Assembly (NCBI RefSeq): GCF_000009605.1
Contig: NC_002528.1
Span: 480,001-512,000, forward strand
Source of the DNA: Buchnera aphidicola str. APS (Acyrthosiphon pisum)
Lineage (GTDB): Bacteria > Pseudomonadota > Gammaproteobacteria > Enterobacterales > Enterobacteriaceae
Length of the DNA stretch: 32,000 nucleotides
Direction of reading: 5' to 3'
Below the pieces are notes generated by a model that did not search any database, had not been told where the DNA came from, and saw nothing but the letters and a program-made list of their open reading frames with translations. Shown here piece by piece: positions 31,376 to 32,000 of this stretch (positions within the stretch are counted from its first letter, which is position 1; each line of letters opens with the position of its first letter). The translations under genes were made by a program, and so were the position numbers.

Positions 31376-32000
31376 CTATAAATAAAATCTATTTCTTAGA
31401 AAAAAACTAAAAATCAACCATAATAAAATTATAAATAATTCAAAATAAAATATCTGTGAAAAGTTTAAAAAACTATATAACCATCCGCTAAAAACACCTC
31501 CAAAAAAAATACCTAAAAATTGACTAGTAGAATAAATGCTCATTATACTACCTCTATAATTATTTGATAATTGCCTGCTAAGATGTGAAGAAAGAAAAAC
31601 TTCAAGAAAGTTAAAAGATATAAAAAAAATCTGTAAAGAAATTATTAAAAATAATAAATTTTTTTGTGCTGATAAAAAAATAATTTCTGAAAAAAGAATA
31701 AATAAAATACAAATTTCAATAATATTTTCTAAAATATATTTATATTTACAATAAAATATAAATAAGAATAAAACAAAAAAAGAAATTAATATAGTACCTA
31801 AATATACTTTCCAATGATTGTCTAAAGAAAAACCAGATATTTCAAACTGATTAGGAATCATCGTGAACTTAATCATCAATAAAAAATGTAAAAAAAATAC
31901 TCCTAAATAAAATCTAAAAAAAACTTTATTTAAAACAAAGTTTAATACTTTTTTATATGAATGGAGAGTTTTATTTTGTTTTAATATATTTTTTTTTGAA
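31376..32000 (-). CDS. yajR: Major facilitator superfamily transporter, YajR-like (partial, 5' end beyond window)
   Basis: The frame stays open from the 167 aa track ORF to the window edge, reading ...KTLHSYKKVLNFVLNKVFFRFYLGVFFLHFLLMIKFTMIPNQFEISGFSLDNHWKVYLGTIL...YRGSIMSIYSTSQFLGIFFGGVFSGWLY. This pattern matches YajR. Confidence 0.82.
   Translation of the reverse strand, partial: SKKNILKQNKTLHSYKKVLNFVLNKVFFRFYLGVFFLHFLLMIKFTMIPNQFEISGFSLDNHWKVYLGTILISFFVLFLFIFYCKYKYILENIIEICILFILFSEIIFLSAQKNLLFLIISLQIFFISFNFLEVFLSSHLSRQLSNNYRGSIMSIYSTSQFLGIFFGGVFSGWLYSFLNFSQIFYFELFIILLWLIFSFFLRNRFYL

Overview
The window is an AT-rich, gene-dense block of single-copy core metabolic and informational genes. 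Content and order match the reduced genome of an aphid endosymbiont of the Buchnera aphidicola type: lgt(3' end)-thyA-miaB-ybeY-corC-leuS-holA-nadD-tusA | asd(-) | yhgN-pgk-fbaA-mscS-recC-recB-recD | argA(-)-tRNA-fMet(-) | mltA-ribE-thiL-ribD-nusB | dxs(-)-ispA(-)-yajR(-, partial). I found no mobile element, CRISPR array, prophage, toxin-antitoxin cassette or defence-like cassette, and I do not think an undescribed multigene system is present. The signals worth following are signs of gene decay and possible rescue. (1) ybeY has a disrupted frame: an apparent 1-nt loss in an A5 run, 22 nt upstream of an A11 tract where slippage could restore the frame. (2) The C-terminus of ispA is frameshifted exactly at an A11 tract. 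(3) ribD is split by an in-frame UGA at the deaminase/reductase junction, and the downstream half has no AUG ahead of its conserved first strand. (4) LeuRS has a degenerate editing site with intact synthetic motifs. (5) MltA has lost its lipobox, and lnt is missing from its usual locus. (6) There is a clean Rho-independent terminator for asd, plus several U-less intergenic hairpins. Product names come from my recall of E. coli/Buchnera protein families; no database search was run.
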